The position numbers and the translations under genes were made by a program. Of a stretch of 64,000 nucleotides of DNA, positions 35,404-48,113 are shown one piece after another. The notes under the pieces were generated by a model. That model made no database searches. It saw only the letters and a list, made by a program, of their open reading frames with translations, and had not been told where the DNA came from. Source of the DNA: Lepidodermella squamata (taxonomy: Eukaryota > Animalia > Gastrotricha); contig JBLDXI010000025.1 of NCBI GenBank assembly GCA_047495785.1, forward strand, positions 2,046,001 to 2,110,000, in the 5' to 3' direction. Position 1 is the stretch's first letter; every line of letters starts with the position of its first letter.

Positions 35404-37016
35404 ATGATCAAGTACATCATTTTATTAAGCTTTTCTATAGAGCTGGCAGCTTGCTGCAAAGCTCCGTCTTTGCAGCTAGACAATGAACCAAAAGAATCGA
35501 TCCAATCGCCGCCTTCGAACAAAATACAGATGCCGACATTCTACTTATCGTCCTTCCCAGATCCCGCCACGCCCCTTATGAAATCCTCATCCGCTATACC
35601 CATAACAACTCACTTGGAGGAAGAAAAAGAAGCAACAACGACGGAAAGTCCAGATCCATCTACTACGCAACCCTTCATTCAGCCGGTGAATAACAGGAAG
35701 CGAAGAAGATGTATCGATTCCTATACCGAAGAGACGAATGGCGGCTTTGTTTGTAGCAGAGATGATTTCTTCGATATTCCCGCAAATTGGACGTTAGGAC
35801 GGACCCAAAGGTATGAAATTCGTATTTTGAGCAATATTCAAGTTTAAGAGCAATACGGTTTTTGGATATTGCTATAGAGTGGAAATAATTCTCGATGAAA
35901 ATCTTGAGTTTCGCGGCACGAGAGCTGGCGAATGCGAAAAATGGGGTCCACTTCTACCAGTAATGGAATCTTCGAGGAGAACGAAGAAGGGGAGGATGAA
36001 CAATGTCCTCCTACCAGTCATAGAGAACGGAGTGATCACTCCGTTCTCTATGCTACCAGTAAAGAATTCTTCGAGGAGAACGAAGAAGGGTAGGATGAAC
36101 AATGTCACGGCTTCATGGAATCTATTCGAGTGCCACATTTCACAAACAGCGTTCGCATACCACACATACTAAATGTTTCGCGGAGCATATTGGGGTTGTA
36201 ATACGGCCTGATATGATATATTTTACAGTAATGAACGAAATATCTCGTTTTGTGACTGGAAATTCTGAAGCAGTTCGCCACTTGTTCACAGCTCGAAAGG
36301 ATGGTAAAGATACACTTATTGCCGTCGTACCTCCTGGACGGACGATGCTTGATCTTGATCAGATCATGGACCAATTAGAACAGAAAATTCCCAGTAATAT
36401 CAGTGGGCTCACGCCTAATTTCACGACAGATTCGCTAATGAGCCTTGAAGCCCGAAAGGCTGCATTGGCTGAGACGGTTTCTCCATACTATAATTTCAAG
36501 ATGGTAACATATTGTGGGATACCCAAAGTTCGGCTGGAAGGAACTCCTGTAGACTGGACGAAAGTATTGATCGCCGCGAAAAAATGGCATCAGCTCCTCA
36601 GTCCTTATGGTCTGGGTTCCTATTTACAAGGCGTTCTTGAATTGGTTAGCAAAATTCTGGAGGATGCTAAAGCCGAACAGCTGACACGAGCGTTTTGGGT
36701 AAATATATTTCGAATTGGTCATCCGGAATACGGTTGTGGGGATTTTCCTCCGCTAGTTCATGGCTGGATGGCTAAGCTTCATAATTTGAAAGAAGGCGTA
36801 GAGTTGGGCGCCTTCCCACATCATATCACCAAAGTTGAATGGGAGCATAATCAATATGGGGACTTCGTTGCGCATCACGGCTTGTTTTCTTCAAAACTTG
36901 ACAGTGATGACTTTTTGGTTCCTGAATTCTCCCGATTCATTTTCAAGAAATCAATAGCGACTGACGAAGCTATGAACTGGGAAGGGGATCATTTTCGAAG
37001 CAGGGACTGCTGGTGA
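35404..37016 (+). pseudogene. DUF4419 paralog with mucin-like N-terminal exon; frameshifted near 36160-36170
   Basis: Signal peptide exon 35404-~35810, intron, then an exon from ~35878. Alignment to the 16053 paralog (QNLAMYLVKCWADH vs QTAFAYHT/KCFAEH) needs removal of 4 nt. The downstream DUF4419 motifs (CGIPKVRLEG) are intact. Confidence 0.65.
36011..36060. mobile_element. 34-bp perfect palindrome flanked by an 8-bp direct repeat (minimal hAT-like element or footprint)
   Basis: ctaccagt-[catagagaacggagtga|tcactccgttctctatg]-ctaccagt. Confidence 0.8.
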
Positions 37017-37630
37017 GCAGACCAATCATAAATTGGGCTCAACTACCATCCATTCCATTCTATTTTTGAGTTTCAAGCTACCTGATTCAACAGAGACATT
37101 TGCCAATCGATATACCTAACATGTAATCCTTTCAATGGAATTTTCCCACCTTGAAATGAATATGAAGCCTTTTCAAACTACGCATGTTTGTAGCTTTGTG
37201 GCTCCTTCACGTAAAATGTCTCAAGCAATTAAACCTGAACCCGTTTCAGAAATTCAATTTCCCTCATGGCAAAATTTTACCATGCACTTTTGGGAATCAC
37301 GGCTGCAGATAAGGATAAGAAATTCAGAAATTTCACGTCAAAGCTGTAAAATACCAACCAATTTTCATTCATTCTTCCTATAATTTTTTCAACCTTCCCA
37401 CGGGCAAGATGTTTTTCTAAAAGACAAATCAAGAGGAACCAAATCTTCCCAATTTCAAGCTTCATTAAAATCATCAGTCAACCCTGTGAACTAATCTACT
37501 AATGAACTAATCAGCAGCTTCTTATTTGAATTGGAAGCTATCCTAGTCTTTTGTATAGCTTGTAATATGGTAAAATAAATAGGACCGCTTTTTATTCACA
37601 ATATTTTTACAAGAAAACTAAGTAGGTATT

Positions 37631-39146
37631 TCACAATGTATCTAGGCTTAGAATGGCAGCTTGATGTTGCGCAGCCAGGAACTTGGTCGATCTTCTGCTT
37701 TTTTCAAATACCTTAGCCTGTGCACTGCTGCTTGCTCCATAATAGCAATTGCTCTTTCGACGTGGTCCTGCCACTGGCATCCCCTCCTCAAAGCAGCGTA
37801 GTGCATGAACAGAGATGTCCGCAAGACATTTGATAGCCGAATCAGTGGTCGAGTCGTAGCTCCTGGGTGAGAAAATCAATCGATTAACACATGTGGAGTG
37901 ATCGTCAAATTGGTGCGTACCACTGAAAAACAGGTAGCAGATAAATAGAGCGAATTCCGGCATCGTTGGTTGCCAGCCATTTAGAACGTGCGATAGCTCC
38001 TGCCCCAACGTAGCGAAAGGCTGCAAGTGAAAAGAACTTGTTTTATCGAATTTACTAAGAAAAGATATGCACCGATTAAGTCAATATCACTGATCAATGA
38101 TACCCCATCCCCCTGAAAGTCGATTACTTGCGTTACAGAATATCCACAAGTGCATCAGATATCATTGGAAGAAATGTTACCTCCAACTCGGGGAAAACAG
38201 CCAGAATTTGGGGTAAAAGCGCTAAATTGACTGAAAGTGGATTGTCATTGCCGGTTTGTGCTGTAAAAGCTAGCGTGGATAACATCAATCCTGGCGCGAC
38301 AGCTTGTACCAGATCCTGATCGGATATGGCGAAAGCGTCTGCGAGATAGAAGGGCTAATCAGAAAATCAGATCGTAGCAAATGTTGTTCACCTTTCATGT
38401 ACTGTGCGAATCGTGCGCCTCCGTGATTGTAGATTCTCACCTGATCGATAGAAAATGCAGATGCCAACTTGGAAACGTCATCATAAGGAACGCTCCTTTT
38501 CCGTAGAGGAAACTAAATTATATACGAAATGAGACGAAAATTAGAATGAGGAATAGCGAAAAATCACTTCATGCAAGTCGTGCAGGAACGTTAGTCCAAG
38601 AATTAATGCTTTCGTGGCTCCCTCAACTATTCTCAGTTCGACGAGATCTGGGCTGTCTGGGATCGTTGATGACAAACTATTGGAAGTGGTTTCAAGGCCT
38701 TCGGCCTCTGATTCGATACTAGTATTCCTATGGTGGCTTCTTTTCAGTGCTAAAGTAGAAAGTAGTTTACCAAACTTCAATCGTAAACAAATATTGTACC
38801 TGCGTTTAAGCGCAAATTGAAGCACTTTTCAAGACGGCAGCGAGTGCAACAGCCACGAGTTTTTCCTGGAAGGATTTCGCATTTATTCATGCCGGTAACA
38901 CACTGAAACTCATAGCGCCTTGAAGCTTGCCGCGTGAAGAATTTCTGTAAATTATGCACAGGTTTGAAGAACTATTCTGAAGTTTCATCTCTTTCACCTG
39001 ACACGCCGAGCATTGCCCCGGAAAGTAGGTTTTTCGTCCCACAACAGGCTTCCCACACACCTGTAAAGAAGATGGAGAATGACGATTTTTATCATTCTTG
39101 ATGGTAATAATACCTTGCAATCATGATGTCTCCCGTTAGATGCCAT
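37631..39146 (-). CDS. Divergent nuclear hormone receptor NR-a (multi-exon)
   Basis: CK|VCGKPVVGRKTYFPGQCSACQ|KFFTR..CVTGMNKC..CTRCRLEKC. Degenerate LBD with EFALFICYLFFS; same exon layout as the + strand paralogs. Confidence 0.8.
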
Positions 39147-41103
39147 AATAATCAGTCATGTCAACAAATTCCTAGTAAAAGCAAGGTTCGTTCGATCATC
39201 CTATGTTGGCATAATTAAAAGGGAATGGCGAGCGTCGGAAAAACCTGAGAGAGTGTCGCAATTTCTAGTTCTCGCGACGATAGACGCGCTTGCGCGACTT
39301 ATTACGTGACTTATTAAGTCGCTACTTTATACGGGATAAAGCTACAGCGCATTGAAATTGCGACTTTCACTCATTTGCTGTGAGACGCTCGCACAGCCAC
39401 ACATAATTTAATCGGGCATCTGTTCGCTTCACAGACTTTCCGCATACCTGGAGAGAAATTATGGAAGGGGTAAACTCCATGTTTTGTTGAAGATGAACAA
39501 ACTTGCAAGTAGCACTCCTCAGGCCAAGGGGAAAACACCAAAAAAGCCCACGGGGGGGCCCTCTGGTGATAAAATCTCGGCCTGAAAATACCCCCTAGTT
39601 CGAGGATCCTACTTCACGCACTGTTGAGTATTAGGCTCAAAGCTCAATTACAGATCGGACCAAATCACCTGTTGCCTGTTATGCGAACAAGAAAGCTAAA
39701 AATCGTGATCAATCACGTCAACCTAAATACTAAATACGTGAATAGCTTGCCAGATCTATCTTACCTGGCTATCAATGACAGATTCTTACATACATAAGCA
39801 TCGTGCGGTTTCCCGTGGCTCTAGCTGTTATTAAATTAGGATCTACAGTCTAGTGAGCATTATTATCAAGTATTTTTCTCAATGAACATAAGCACTAAAC
39901 GAGCATTATTCTGCTCGTGTTTATTGAGAAAATGATGGAAAAAATGATTGATAACGGCACGTGTGTTGATTCGACGCAAATAATGAACAAGCTTCCAATT
40001 TTGCGTGAGGCACCCGTATGTCCTCGCCAAGTCAATTAGAACAAATATAAAATGTTCGAGTATGATGTGTTCTTTTGATTGCGCAGCCAACGCTGATACT
40101 TGCAGAAATCAATCAAAGAAGTCAAATAGGAACAAACAAGAAAAATACGAAATTAGTTGTGAGCTTTCCTCGTGATTCCTTCCCTATGCATATCCTTTTC
40201 TATGCTTTTTGAAAGATGACATTAATCTCATGCAGTTTCTACAGCGTGAAATTCCTGATAAGTTTGAATATACTCAAATTAGGAAAAAGGCCAAATTCAT
40301 GGCCCATATCCGTTCCGTCCGGCCCCCAAAGCGTCGACCACTGTGTTGATACTGTGTTGTACAGCGGGGAGCGAAGTGCAAACTTCGGCGAGAAAGAGCA
40401 AAACTTGAAGAGATTGCAATATCAGACAATGGTCTTCGCTCATAACTCACAATAAGGCGAATAACTGAAATAACAGTTATTGAATATTCCGAATTTTTTG
40501 TTTTAAAATACAACACATATACCCGCCAAGCTATACCAGCCGGGGCTAATGAAAAGAGGCGTTAAATTGACGATAGTTTTTTATTTGAGTGAAGATTATC
40601 GACTTGAGTATCCTTACTTCTCTGTCATCCGGCTAATTTTACGCAAGGAGATTTGCTGCATGCTTTATGCTTTTAACTCCGGAGATTTTACTCGCTTTTA
40701 ATGTATCTTGAGCGAGCCTGCAAAATCTGTGTTGAAGACGATGTTTAAACGGGTATAATACTTTGGGACAAACTTATGTATGATGATTTTCCTATTTTTC
40801 TCTTAATTATTCCCAATCATATCTCTGATTGAATTCTCTATTATTTTGCATCATACATGCAGGTAAAAACGCATTTCTGAGCTTAAATTGATCGTTACGC
40901 GAATCAAAGCCCTAGGGCTGCAAAAATCAATCATCAATGTTTGTAGATCTAAGTTGGATTGGGTTTTTGCGCAATAGTAAATATGGGACCGCGGAATAAC
41001 TGAACAGCTTATTCATGATTAATGAGAGAGTCTTACCCGAGAGAACGGCTAATCTCGGCGCTTTCATTACTCTCTTTTTCCCGCTGAACTTGTTTAAACA
41101 GCA

Positions 41104-42372
41104 ATGAAATCTCTGCGAATCTTCTGTATTCTCTCGGCCATTCTAACGGATTCATGCATCCAAATGGAGTCACTAATTTTTGCTTCCGATGAAGACAATT
41201 ATCGATTTGGTAACGAATCGCAGAGGCTTGCAAAAGCATTCTGGAGCACATACCCAACTACAGAACAGCCGAATCCATCGTCGGATGGCTTGTATCCTGT
41301 CAAGACGGTGCTCGAGGTTTCGGTCGTAACATTCGATGGGATTGATGACATGACTGAGACAATGACATTTCTCGGCCGAGTTAAACTCTCGTGGCAAGAT
41401 GACAACGTCTCGAAATTGGGGAAAACAACATCTCCGTTTATCATTAACTACCTGATACCGGCCACACAAATTTGGGAACCGGTCATTTGGCAATTCAACG
41501 ATCCAAGAAACCCCGACCTGTTCACGTCAATAAGGCAAGTCTCGCAAATTTCGATACAATGGAATACGGTGAAGGACGTTAAGGCACCAAACAGCACCTG
41601 CTCTTGGTTCGTTTTTTCCTATTTTTATGCAAACTGTCAAATGGAAGACGGGATCAAATACTTCCCGTTCGATACTCACTCATGTGACTACATCTGGGCG
41701 CCCATTGCTCATGACCATCAGGTCAAACTTTACCCGGATTTGTCGCGTGGGACTGGTATGAACTCGGTCAGTTGGATAATCGGCAAAGAGAATTCATCTA
41801 TCAATGGATCCGTTTGGTCGCTGATTGGGATTGAAGTTATCCAAAGAACTGGTATTAATGACCGAACTGTGCTGACCTACCGATTTACGGCTCAACGACG
41901 ACCAGGCTATCACATTCAGACCATCATCATCCCAAGTGGGCTCGTTGCTATTCTTCAAATAGTCGCCTTGTGGTTCCCACATTCGCCTGATCGTTCGACT
42001 TTTTTGATAACCATACTTCTGGCATTTTGGATCATTCAGTCAGTGGTTACGTCAAGCGTTCCTAAAGTTGCAAATTCTGCCCTTCTCATCTGTATTACTG
42101 TTTTATCTTGCATTAATGCGGCCTTCATAGTTGAATCTATAGCGGTTCTGTTCTACCTAGAAGGCCCGGAAATATTTTTCGGGCGATTCATAATTTACAA
42201 GCCGTCAACTTCGCCATCAGCCGATAACACCTTGGATAGCATGGCTCGAGACGTTGAGAAGGAAATTGCCAGCAAGAAGAATCATCGCCTGATATTCTAC
42301 ATAGACATGTCTCTGTTTGTGATTGGCATTCTTGTGACTGTTCTCAGTCCAGTGGTCTTGTATTCCTTGTAG
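41104..42372 (+). CDS. Divergent Cys-loop channel-like subunit, intronless, paralog 2
   Basis: Same length (422 aa) as, and highly similar to, 32388-33656. About 550 bp of upstream sequence is also homologous (segmental duplication). Confidence 0.85.
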   Translation: MKSLRIFCILSAILTDSCIQMESLIFASDEDNYRFGNESQRLAKAFWSTYPTTEQPNPSSDGLYPVKTVLEVSVVTFDGIDDMTETMTFLGRVKLSWQDDNVSKLGKTTSPFIINYLIPATQIWEPVIWQFNDPRNPDLFTSIRQVSQISIQWNTVKDVKAPNSTCSWFVFSYFYANCQMEDGIKYFPFDTHSCDYIWAPIAHDHQVKLYPDLSRGTGMNSVSWIIGKENSSINGSVWSLIGIEVIQRTGINDRTVLTYRFTAQRRPGYHIQTIIIPSGLVAILQIVALWFPHSPDRSTFLITILLAFWIIQSVVTSSVPKVANSALLICITVLSCINAAFIVESIAVLFYLEGPEIFFGRFIIYKPSTSPSADNTLDSMARDVEKEIASKKNHRLIFYIDMSLFVIGILVTVLSPVVLYSL

Positions 42373-42556
42373 TAAGTTGAGCCCTGAATGTGATGATAAT
42401 TATTTCTAATGTAGAACCTCGCAAAATTAAAGAAGTCCAGCTCTTTCTCAACAAGTTGAAGGTTTATTTCCCATTATCAATTCAAGCGAATGTCGCAGTT
42501 TGTAAATATATAGAATTGTCCTAGAAAATATAGGCCGAGTAGTTTGGCCAATTCGA

Positions 42557-42710
42557 TATTTTACGGTATAACATTCGTAAATCGTTAATATCTGAACTCG
42601 CCGTCCTCGATTTACTCATCGCCACTCGCCTCCGGCTCGTTCCGACTCGTAAATCTCGGGCGGCTCCGTATAGATATAAACGGTTTACTCATGTCATACC
42701 ATACAAGTAT
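42557..42710. repeat. Imperfect palindromic element (~60-bp arms)
   Basis: ggtataacattcgtaaatcgttaatatct..gatttac versus gtaaatc..agatataaacggtttactcatgtcatacc, with central ctcgcctccggctcg. Confidence 0.65.
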
Positions 42711-42817
42711 TGCTATGGCTCTATAGCGGCTCTATTAGCTATAGCAGTTGCAGACGTTTCAGCAGTCGTGCGAAGTCACGGAGAAGATGGAAATATATGC
42801 ACTGACAGCAGACGTTC

Positions 42818-43440
42818 TGTTATAAATTGTTTCGCACGAGCTCTAGTTCAGGAGCCGGTAGTTGGTGACACAGACCGCAAAACGTAACCCATTGACAATT
42901 GAGGGCCGAAATAAATAAGATGGTAGAGCTCATGGAAGAAGCTTCTCGCTTGGTGAATTAGCTGTGGTAGAGCTTCGCACAAGGCAGGTAGCCAGCCTTA
43001 GGCCTTAGGCTTGCCTCTCTGGATCTTCAGGTTCGGTTCCGCGTGTCTGAGTCTGAGGCGGATGCGCGGATTTGGTCGTTGCTTTGCAATCCGGTTGAAA
43101 CTGGGTCTGTGTCTTGACACGTTCTTATTAGCAATGCAGACAGCATTTATCAACATAGCATTCTAACCTCCCCTCTTTGAAGTGAATATCGCCTGGCCAA
43201 ACTTCGCATTAGTGGCTCCTTCTCGATTGGTGTCTCAAGAACTGCGTCTCACATGAACACGGCTTTGTGAATTTGAAATGTGTATCATAAGCTTAAGAAT
43301 CTTGTGCCTCATTTGAAGGTAACAAGTGACGAAGCATCGGCAACAACGTTTTTACAAGACAGGATAGACAACAGGTTGTTCACTTCTCCATCAATCCTAT
43401 ACTATAACGACGGTAAATCTGATAGTAAGCGCTGAACAAA
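42818..43440 (-). mobile_element. LTR retrotransposon remnant (3' LTR 42818-43155, PPT, degenerate pol)
   Basis: Minus-strand termini TGTTGATAAAT...ATTTATAACA. Purine tract aaagaggggagg just upstream. KNVVADASS resembles the gypsy RNase H end motif NVVADALS. Confidence 0.55.
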
Positions 43441-43675
43441 AAAACCTTCCGAAAACTGTACTGTATGCTGTAAGGGCATTTTTTCGGTTTGTCACCCTAG
43501 TTGTCTCGGAATTATAGATCGTTTCATGGACATTAAACATGATTCAGTTCAGTCTTTTTCTATCTCGTCTATGTGTCTTAATTTAGTCCTTAATTAGCTA
43601 TTTTAGCAGCTTTCGCGATCTGGAACGGGAAGAGGATTCACTCATGCAGACATAAGCAGCATTTTTCCTGTTTAA

Positions 43676-44533
43676 CCCTCTAAGTCCGACTATGGGTTTT
43701 CGTCAATTGCAACTTCTCGGCGTAGGTGTGGATTGCTTATTAATTTTCGGCTAAAATTTTTTATACCACGGTTGAGCCTCTTACCTGAGCTTTCAGCACC
43801 CAGGCGGGCGCGTCCACAACGTGCGATTACGCAACACAGTAATTAGGTGAATGTCCCTCGCCTCTTAAACTCGTCGAAACACATGTACCATTATGTGTGC
43901 ACACACGATGTGGGGCATTTTTTGTCGCTCTGATTGCCGTTCGAACACACGAACGTGTTTTGGAAACCAATTTACATGCGGAAACACATGCGATCCATTT
44001 AATCACTGTTTTTAAGGCCCCAAATTGAGTTGCGCAGCTCTGCTTATAAATGTGTTGTCAGCAACATCTGGTGCTTACGCACCCTTGTGACAGCCACTTT
44101 TCATTTGATAAAGAAGTTATCAAGTGATTTTGTCGGCCCAATTCCGATAAATTCGATTGCCATCGATTCGATATAGATTTTCATGGGCCAATAGGTCGTA
44201 GTTAGGGTGAGTAACTGTAATACCAGCCGGTTTATCAAGGTTCCACTGATTTATCAACTAACCCTGATCGATAAATCAAAGTTTTGTCAATCACCTTCAT
44301 GGATCACTTGTGTTTCGACAAGCCAAAAATTCGGCAATCTATCGAATCACTTGTGTTTCGACATGTAAAAATGGCATTTTTGGTCAAAATGAAAAAAATT
44401 GTTGAAAATATTTTAAGACTTGTGTTAACACAAGCAATTTTAAAAGTTACAATAGTAACACACATTTTTGTCATTTTTTGCAACTTTCCAAAACACCAAG
44501 CGACTTACACATACACCCGCCGGACTTAGAGGG
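43676..44533. mobile_element. Non-autonomous piggyBac-like element
   Basis: TTAA|CCCTCTAAGTCCG ... CGGACTTAGAGGG|TTAA: 13-bp perfect TIR with TTAA target duplication. Confidence 0.9.
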
Positions 44534-44808
44534 TTAATCTGCACGGATTGTGCTTATAACTTTAGATAAGCTATCGATCAACACGTGCAGTTGTCTAGAC
44601 TTCATACTATTCGTATTGAAAAATCGAGTCGCCTTTTTGTCTTGAATACGATCACATAGGCATAACCGCAATGTGTCACATTGCCAAATGAGAACGTGCT
44701 TTCATTTCTGACATGTCCCAGACTTTGTCATCGCTTCATTTGGAATACAAGATTTAAGCTTTTTATATATTTGTTTTGAGGTTATTCAGAACCTCGAAAA
44801 TGCTCGAA

Positions 44809-46240
44809 ATGGAACAGGTACCATCGGAAAATCGAATCATCCTGTGCAAGGTTATTCATCTTGTTTTCAGATTTATTCAAATTTCAATTACAGCCGAATC
44901 TTCACAGGTGTGTAGCAAGGTTGTACCCAAGCGAAAGTTCTTCCACCCTCGAGTATGTCATGCCTGCCAAGTTTGTATTAATTACATACAATGCTGATTG
45001 AATTTGTTATATTTTTCAAATGTCTCAGAAATTCTACATGCGTAAGATTGATCGACGCTTTCAAATGGTGTGCACGACGGGCAGATTGAACTGTGACATC
45101 AGCTCAGACTTGAAGAAGTATTGTCACCGGTGCCGTCTTGAAAAATGCATTGCTGCGAGGAAGCATGGTGAACTAACAAAAAAGTAATCATATCCACCTG
45201 AGCCCTTTTTTGTTCAAACTTAGGTACGCGAAAGCTAACAGTCGAAAATTTGAAGGGTCATGGCGAAGGTACTATCATTCAGAATCCCGAACCACTGGAC
45301 CTTGAAGCAATGGAAACTGCGACTCGGCACTCAATAACAGGCCTAACTATTCTGCATGACATAGAAACTGTGAGTTTTCGATGAAAAAGTGATTGCAAAA
45401 GTATCGCGATCTTGTGTATCATAGCTGCCATTGCGCCGTCGCACCGAACCATACGCAGACTTGGACCAACTGGTCTCGGATTTTACGGTTGATCATGTGT
45501 CTCATCTTTACAATATGGGGCTGAAATATGGAGCATTTATGAAGAGTGAGATCGATATTATACGAGATTCTAAGTTTTTACGATGTTAAACACGTGATTC
45601 AGGCTGTTTCAAGCTGTCGGATTCTGAAGTTGGCACAGCTTTAGCCTCTGGCTGGAGCAAAACAGTTTCAACTTTCTCGGCCCTGCCAAGCTGTCAGTGC
45701 TCATTGTTTGTGAGCAACGCCATTGTCCCGCAAATACGAGCGTTGTTTCCTGAATATAAGGTAAGAAATCACAACAAAATTCAATAATTCAAGTCGTCTT
45801 TTTTTCTGTCAGCCAATGATGGAGGCAGAGAAGGAGCTTGCCTACGTCATCAACTGGTGGAAGCCGTCACTTGCTCAGTTCTCCCTTCTCCTGACCTATC
45901 TGTTTCTCAGTGGTTCGTATTTGAGTGAAATTTTCCTGAAGCCTTCATTTACTCTCTCTGATTAGCTGAAGCTGCCAGCTCAAGTCATCGGGTTGCTAAA
46001 GCTCGCGAAACAGTAAAAACTGCCCTGACTGTAATGATAAGTGGCTCAAACGATCCGGAGAAGATCAAATCGACTCCTGTTGACCGATTGATGGTAGCTC
46101 TCGATAACTTGTTGGTTTGCGCTCGAGCCGGCGTCGAAGCTACTGCAAACCGTCAACAACTGACATTCCAAAACAAGCAACTCGAGATGCTTCTCGAACG
46201 ACTGCCTGATGAAGCGGCCAAGCCTGAAATGACTGACTGA
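44809..46240 (+). CDS. Divergent nuclear hormone receptor NR-b (multi-exon)
   Basis: MEQVPSENRIILCK|VCSKVVPKRKFFHPRVCHACQ|KFYMRK..CTTGRLNC..CHRCRLEKC. LBD ends QLEMLLERLP. Confidence 0.85.
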
Positions 46241-48113
46241 CTCAGCTGGCTCTTACCCATTTCGAACTAATTTTCAGTGAATCTATGAAATAATAAATAT
46301 ATTATCAAGATTATTAAGACTTCGCTTGATTACAGGGACTTGATTACACGTTTAGAGTTACAAATTTGTATTTTAATTTAAAAACTCCCATTTTCAAGGC
46401 CGATATAAGCTTCCTCCAAGCGCACATTCTGATTGGTCCGTAGCGCACTTGGTAAAGGATAAAGGCTCATTTTTTTTTGAAAATATGAAAAATTATAAAT
46501 TCGAAACTGAATTTTTGATAATTGATCACCCTCGAGCGTCGACGCAAGCCTGAAGACAAATTAGTATGATAACTGTATGATAATTGCGGGCTTGTCGTTC
46601 CGTCTGGCCCTGATGCTTCCTTCGTTCATGCGATCGAGTCACACTTCACATGGAGCTATATTTGTTCTCGGCAAAATAACAGTGGTTTGAAAAAAATTAA
46701 AAAAAATCGAAAAATAAAATGAATTTCTTTGATTCCGCGAATCCTTTCCGTAAATTTTTGAAAAAATTCCTTGCTTCATAATCGCTTTTTTCCACAAATA
46801 ATAGCCGTAAAATTCTCAATTTAATATTCGTAGCGTTTTATAAAATTCAGAAATAAATCGCTTCACTCAGCAATGCCCAGAGCGTGAGAGTTTGAAAATC
46901 GTCGTAATTTCCTGGTTAACTTTTCAATTCTGTAATCCGTATAAAGCAAAACGTATTAAATTGCTAGGAAAAATTCGCTGACTACTGACAATTTTTTATC
47001 ATTTTTGTCCCGATTTTTTTTCTGATGATTAGTGTAAAATTTAGTCAAATTATTTTATTAATTCGATAAGCTTTTCAATGAAGACCTTAGTATTTGTTGT
47101 TCTCTGACGAAGAGGTAAAATGCGGTGATTATTCGTGGCTCTAACCTTCATTCATCATCGAAAAATTAGGCGATTGGAAGCCGGTTCCCTTAAAATTGAT
47201 TAATACCCAAATGAGAAAATAAATTCTTCTGTTTTCAGGATATTAGCTCTATTCCCCTCAATTTCTACGAACGGCGAAAGAGTCTGGCTTGGGGTTGTTT
47301 GATCGGGTGAAACGCTGTGGTCTGGGCCTATTCGCGTAAAATAGAAGCGTAAAAGCGTTGTTTGACAGTTTTTTTTCTTTCCACTCTAGACACGGCGTCG
47401 GAAATTAACGAGGTTCACGTGGTTCCATGTCGTAATATCGCGTGGGGAACGACTTGGCTTAAATAGAAACTAATGGCGTTATATTATTTTTGCATCTCCG
47501 CCGAGTCAGTCGCGTGCCGGAAAAACTGCGCGCCAGTTTTTTTCAAACGCATCAAACGCATTACGCCATTTGTTTCTATTTTAGGCCTACCATTCTGTCG
47601 CCCACCCAGCGATATATTAAAAGGGGTCGATTCGTTATCCTGTAACATCGGCGGTGACCTATTTTACTGGAGTTTTAAAACATTTTTCCGGTACAAATTG
47701 CGGCTAGACGGGGGCCTGTCGGGACGCATTTTGTTGATTGAACCCTGAACCGACCGATTTCAAACGACAAAAGGAGGAGGGTCGGTAAGGGTCAAATGAT
47801 TGAAAATGAACGAAACTTCAATGCAAAATGTTCAGAATTTTCAGAATTAGTGGCGCCAAACGTCATTTTTGGCTCACATCTGGCAAATTCGCGGCAAAGT
47901 CAAGACATCCTCGAACCTCCAACGACGAAACAGGTATCAGAATCTGTCAAGAAAATGCAGGTTCGACGACGGCAAAGCATTCAAAAATTGAAAAAGCCAA
48001 AGGCGGCGTTTTGCATAACAAATTCAGACTTCGCAAATTTTTCACCTAATTTTTTTAATAAAAAAATAAAAAGTATTATTTCGGTAATTTAGTTTTATTT
48101 GACGCTTTTTCGC

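Noticed and set aside
47270-47380. Possible Pol III ncRNA ending in poly-T
   Set aside because: No A/B boxes, cloverleaf or recognisable snRNA motifs.
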